Shown here: piece by piece, positions 62,720 through 64,000 of the stretch | Position numbering within the stretch: position 1 is the first letter of the stretch | Layout: every line of letters starts with the position of its first letter | Origin: Gracilinanus agilis | Taxonomy: Eukaryota | Length of the DNA stretch: 64,000 nt | Reading direction: 5' to 3' | Assembly: GCF_016433145.1 (NCBI RefSeq) | Contig: NC_058130.1 | Span: 40,200,182-40,264,181, forward strand | Made by a program: the position numbers and the translations under genes | Notes under the pieces: generated by a model | What the model saw: only the letters and a program-made list of their open reading frames with translations | The model's database searches: none | Told to the model about the DNA's origin: nothing

Positions 62720-64000
62720 CCTTTTTATGTGTTATTATTATCACTGTTTTACAAAAGGGGAAACAGGCTCAGATAGCTTAATGGCCAAAGTCAATGATCA
62801 GTTATTGCTTATTCAAAGTTCAACATTCTATTGCCTGTGAAATCTCATTTCTTCCAGGGCTTTTATAAACTGAAATCAAATTATACTGTTAAAGTATGAC
62901 TAGTAGGACAAAGACAAATCATGATAAACTAAGTAACTTCAGAGGATGCCATAGTTCTGCTTAAAAGCATAAAAATGGTGAAAATACAAAGATCATTGAC
63001 TACAAAACGGATGTGTTTATTAGGAAGGTCAATCAAGCAAGTGTTCAGAGACATGGTTTAAAGTGTATTAAAAACATTTTAGAAAAAAAAGGAGAAACCA
63101 AAATGTCAGGAATATACAAGGAATTATACTATTACCAGGAAAAGTCATTAGCATATATACTAACTCCACTTTTGACCTTTTTACATATTCTTCATTTTAC
63201 TGCTAGGCTCTGTACTTTAACATACTTTAAAAATGTCCCAGCATTTCCCAATATTATAAATGTTATTAGAATAATAGAAAATAATAAATACAGATAACCA
63301 TAGGATACACACACAGCAGTTTAAGGAGAAATTTCATACTTTTCAATATGAAACAAGGTACCTGGTACATATCTCACAGAGATATATAACTAGAAGTTAA
63401 ATGAAACAATAGGATAGCCATCATAGGAATGGAAATAAATGAATGTTTCGCAGTAATTACTAAAATAATTTTTAAAAGGTACAACCTTCTTACACATGGC
63501 AGGAAATACAGATTGATTAGGAAATAATACTTTCCCAATTTGTGAGCTGTAGGAAACAACCATGACCATATGAAAAGCTACTAATCATTTATATTTTTCT
63601 AGGTATATACAGTATATACAAATCTTGCAAGAAAAGTTGTGAATCTTTTTTTCTCTTTTATACAATAACTTTCTTAAATTTAATCTCTATATGCATATGG
63701 AGATGTTTCAGAGCAATACCAGAATTTCACTTCTCCTTATTTTTGAAATTTTTCTCATAGTTTTAAATTCTGATATTGCTGAAAGTAAAAATGAGAAAAT
63801 TCTTGTGAAATGGGATATCAGTGGAAAATCTTGTTTTGAAATGGCCATAACTGAATATGTTTGTTTTTACATCATTTTTACATATTGCTAGGAAAATGAG
63901 TAGAACAGCTTTTTTTTTAATGAGTGCTGAGAGATTTTGTCACTTACACATAATAAAATCTCCAGCGTTGCTACAATCTCATCAAAACATTATCTGAAAA

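Noticed and set aside
514-63891. The supplied six-frame ORFs (60-184 aa) as genes
   Set aside because: They are short, low-complexity, often start at TTG/GTG, and overlap microsatellites or TEs (for example 514, 2198, 5077, 25437-25815, 52949, 61483). None shows recognisable homology except L1 remnants.
1-64000. CRISPR arrays, rRNA, CpG island or non-retroviral viral insertion
   Set aside because: The sequence is eukaryotic with no regularly spaced repeat-spacer units, no rRNA-like stretch and no CpG-rich region. I recognised no viral motif by eye, though a tBLASTx search was not possible.

Overview
AT-rich, CpG-depleted, repeat-dense marsupial genomic DNA. It is very probably the opossum Monodelphis domestica, inferred from several copies of the young SINE1_Mdo-type element plus Mar1 and THER2-type CORE-SINEs. 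It reads as intronic or intergenic sequence. No complete protein-coding gene, functional RNA gene or CRISPR array is supported, and the supplied ORFs are microsatellite, low-complexity or L1 by-products. Most of the window is layered transposon debris: MIR, Mar1 and THER2 SINEs, L2, CR1/L3, RTE and L1 fragments, at least six solo-LTR-like elements (four with recoverable TSDs), several hAT/Charlie MITEs with TIRs and 8-bp TSDs, and a full-length 7SL RNA retrocopy nested in an old L1. The best leads are a tail-to-tail L2 hairpin of pre-miRNA size (2033-2118), a frame-compatible candidate exon pair of unknown identity (8545-9020), two young hAT MITEs of the kind linked to horizontal transfer, the 7SL retrocopy, and LTRs carrying a G-quadruplex motif, hairpins or promoter motifs. 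All family names come from recalled consensus sequences, not a database search, and boundaries of old repeats are approximate.
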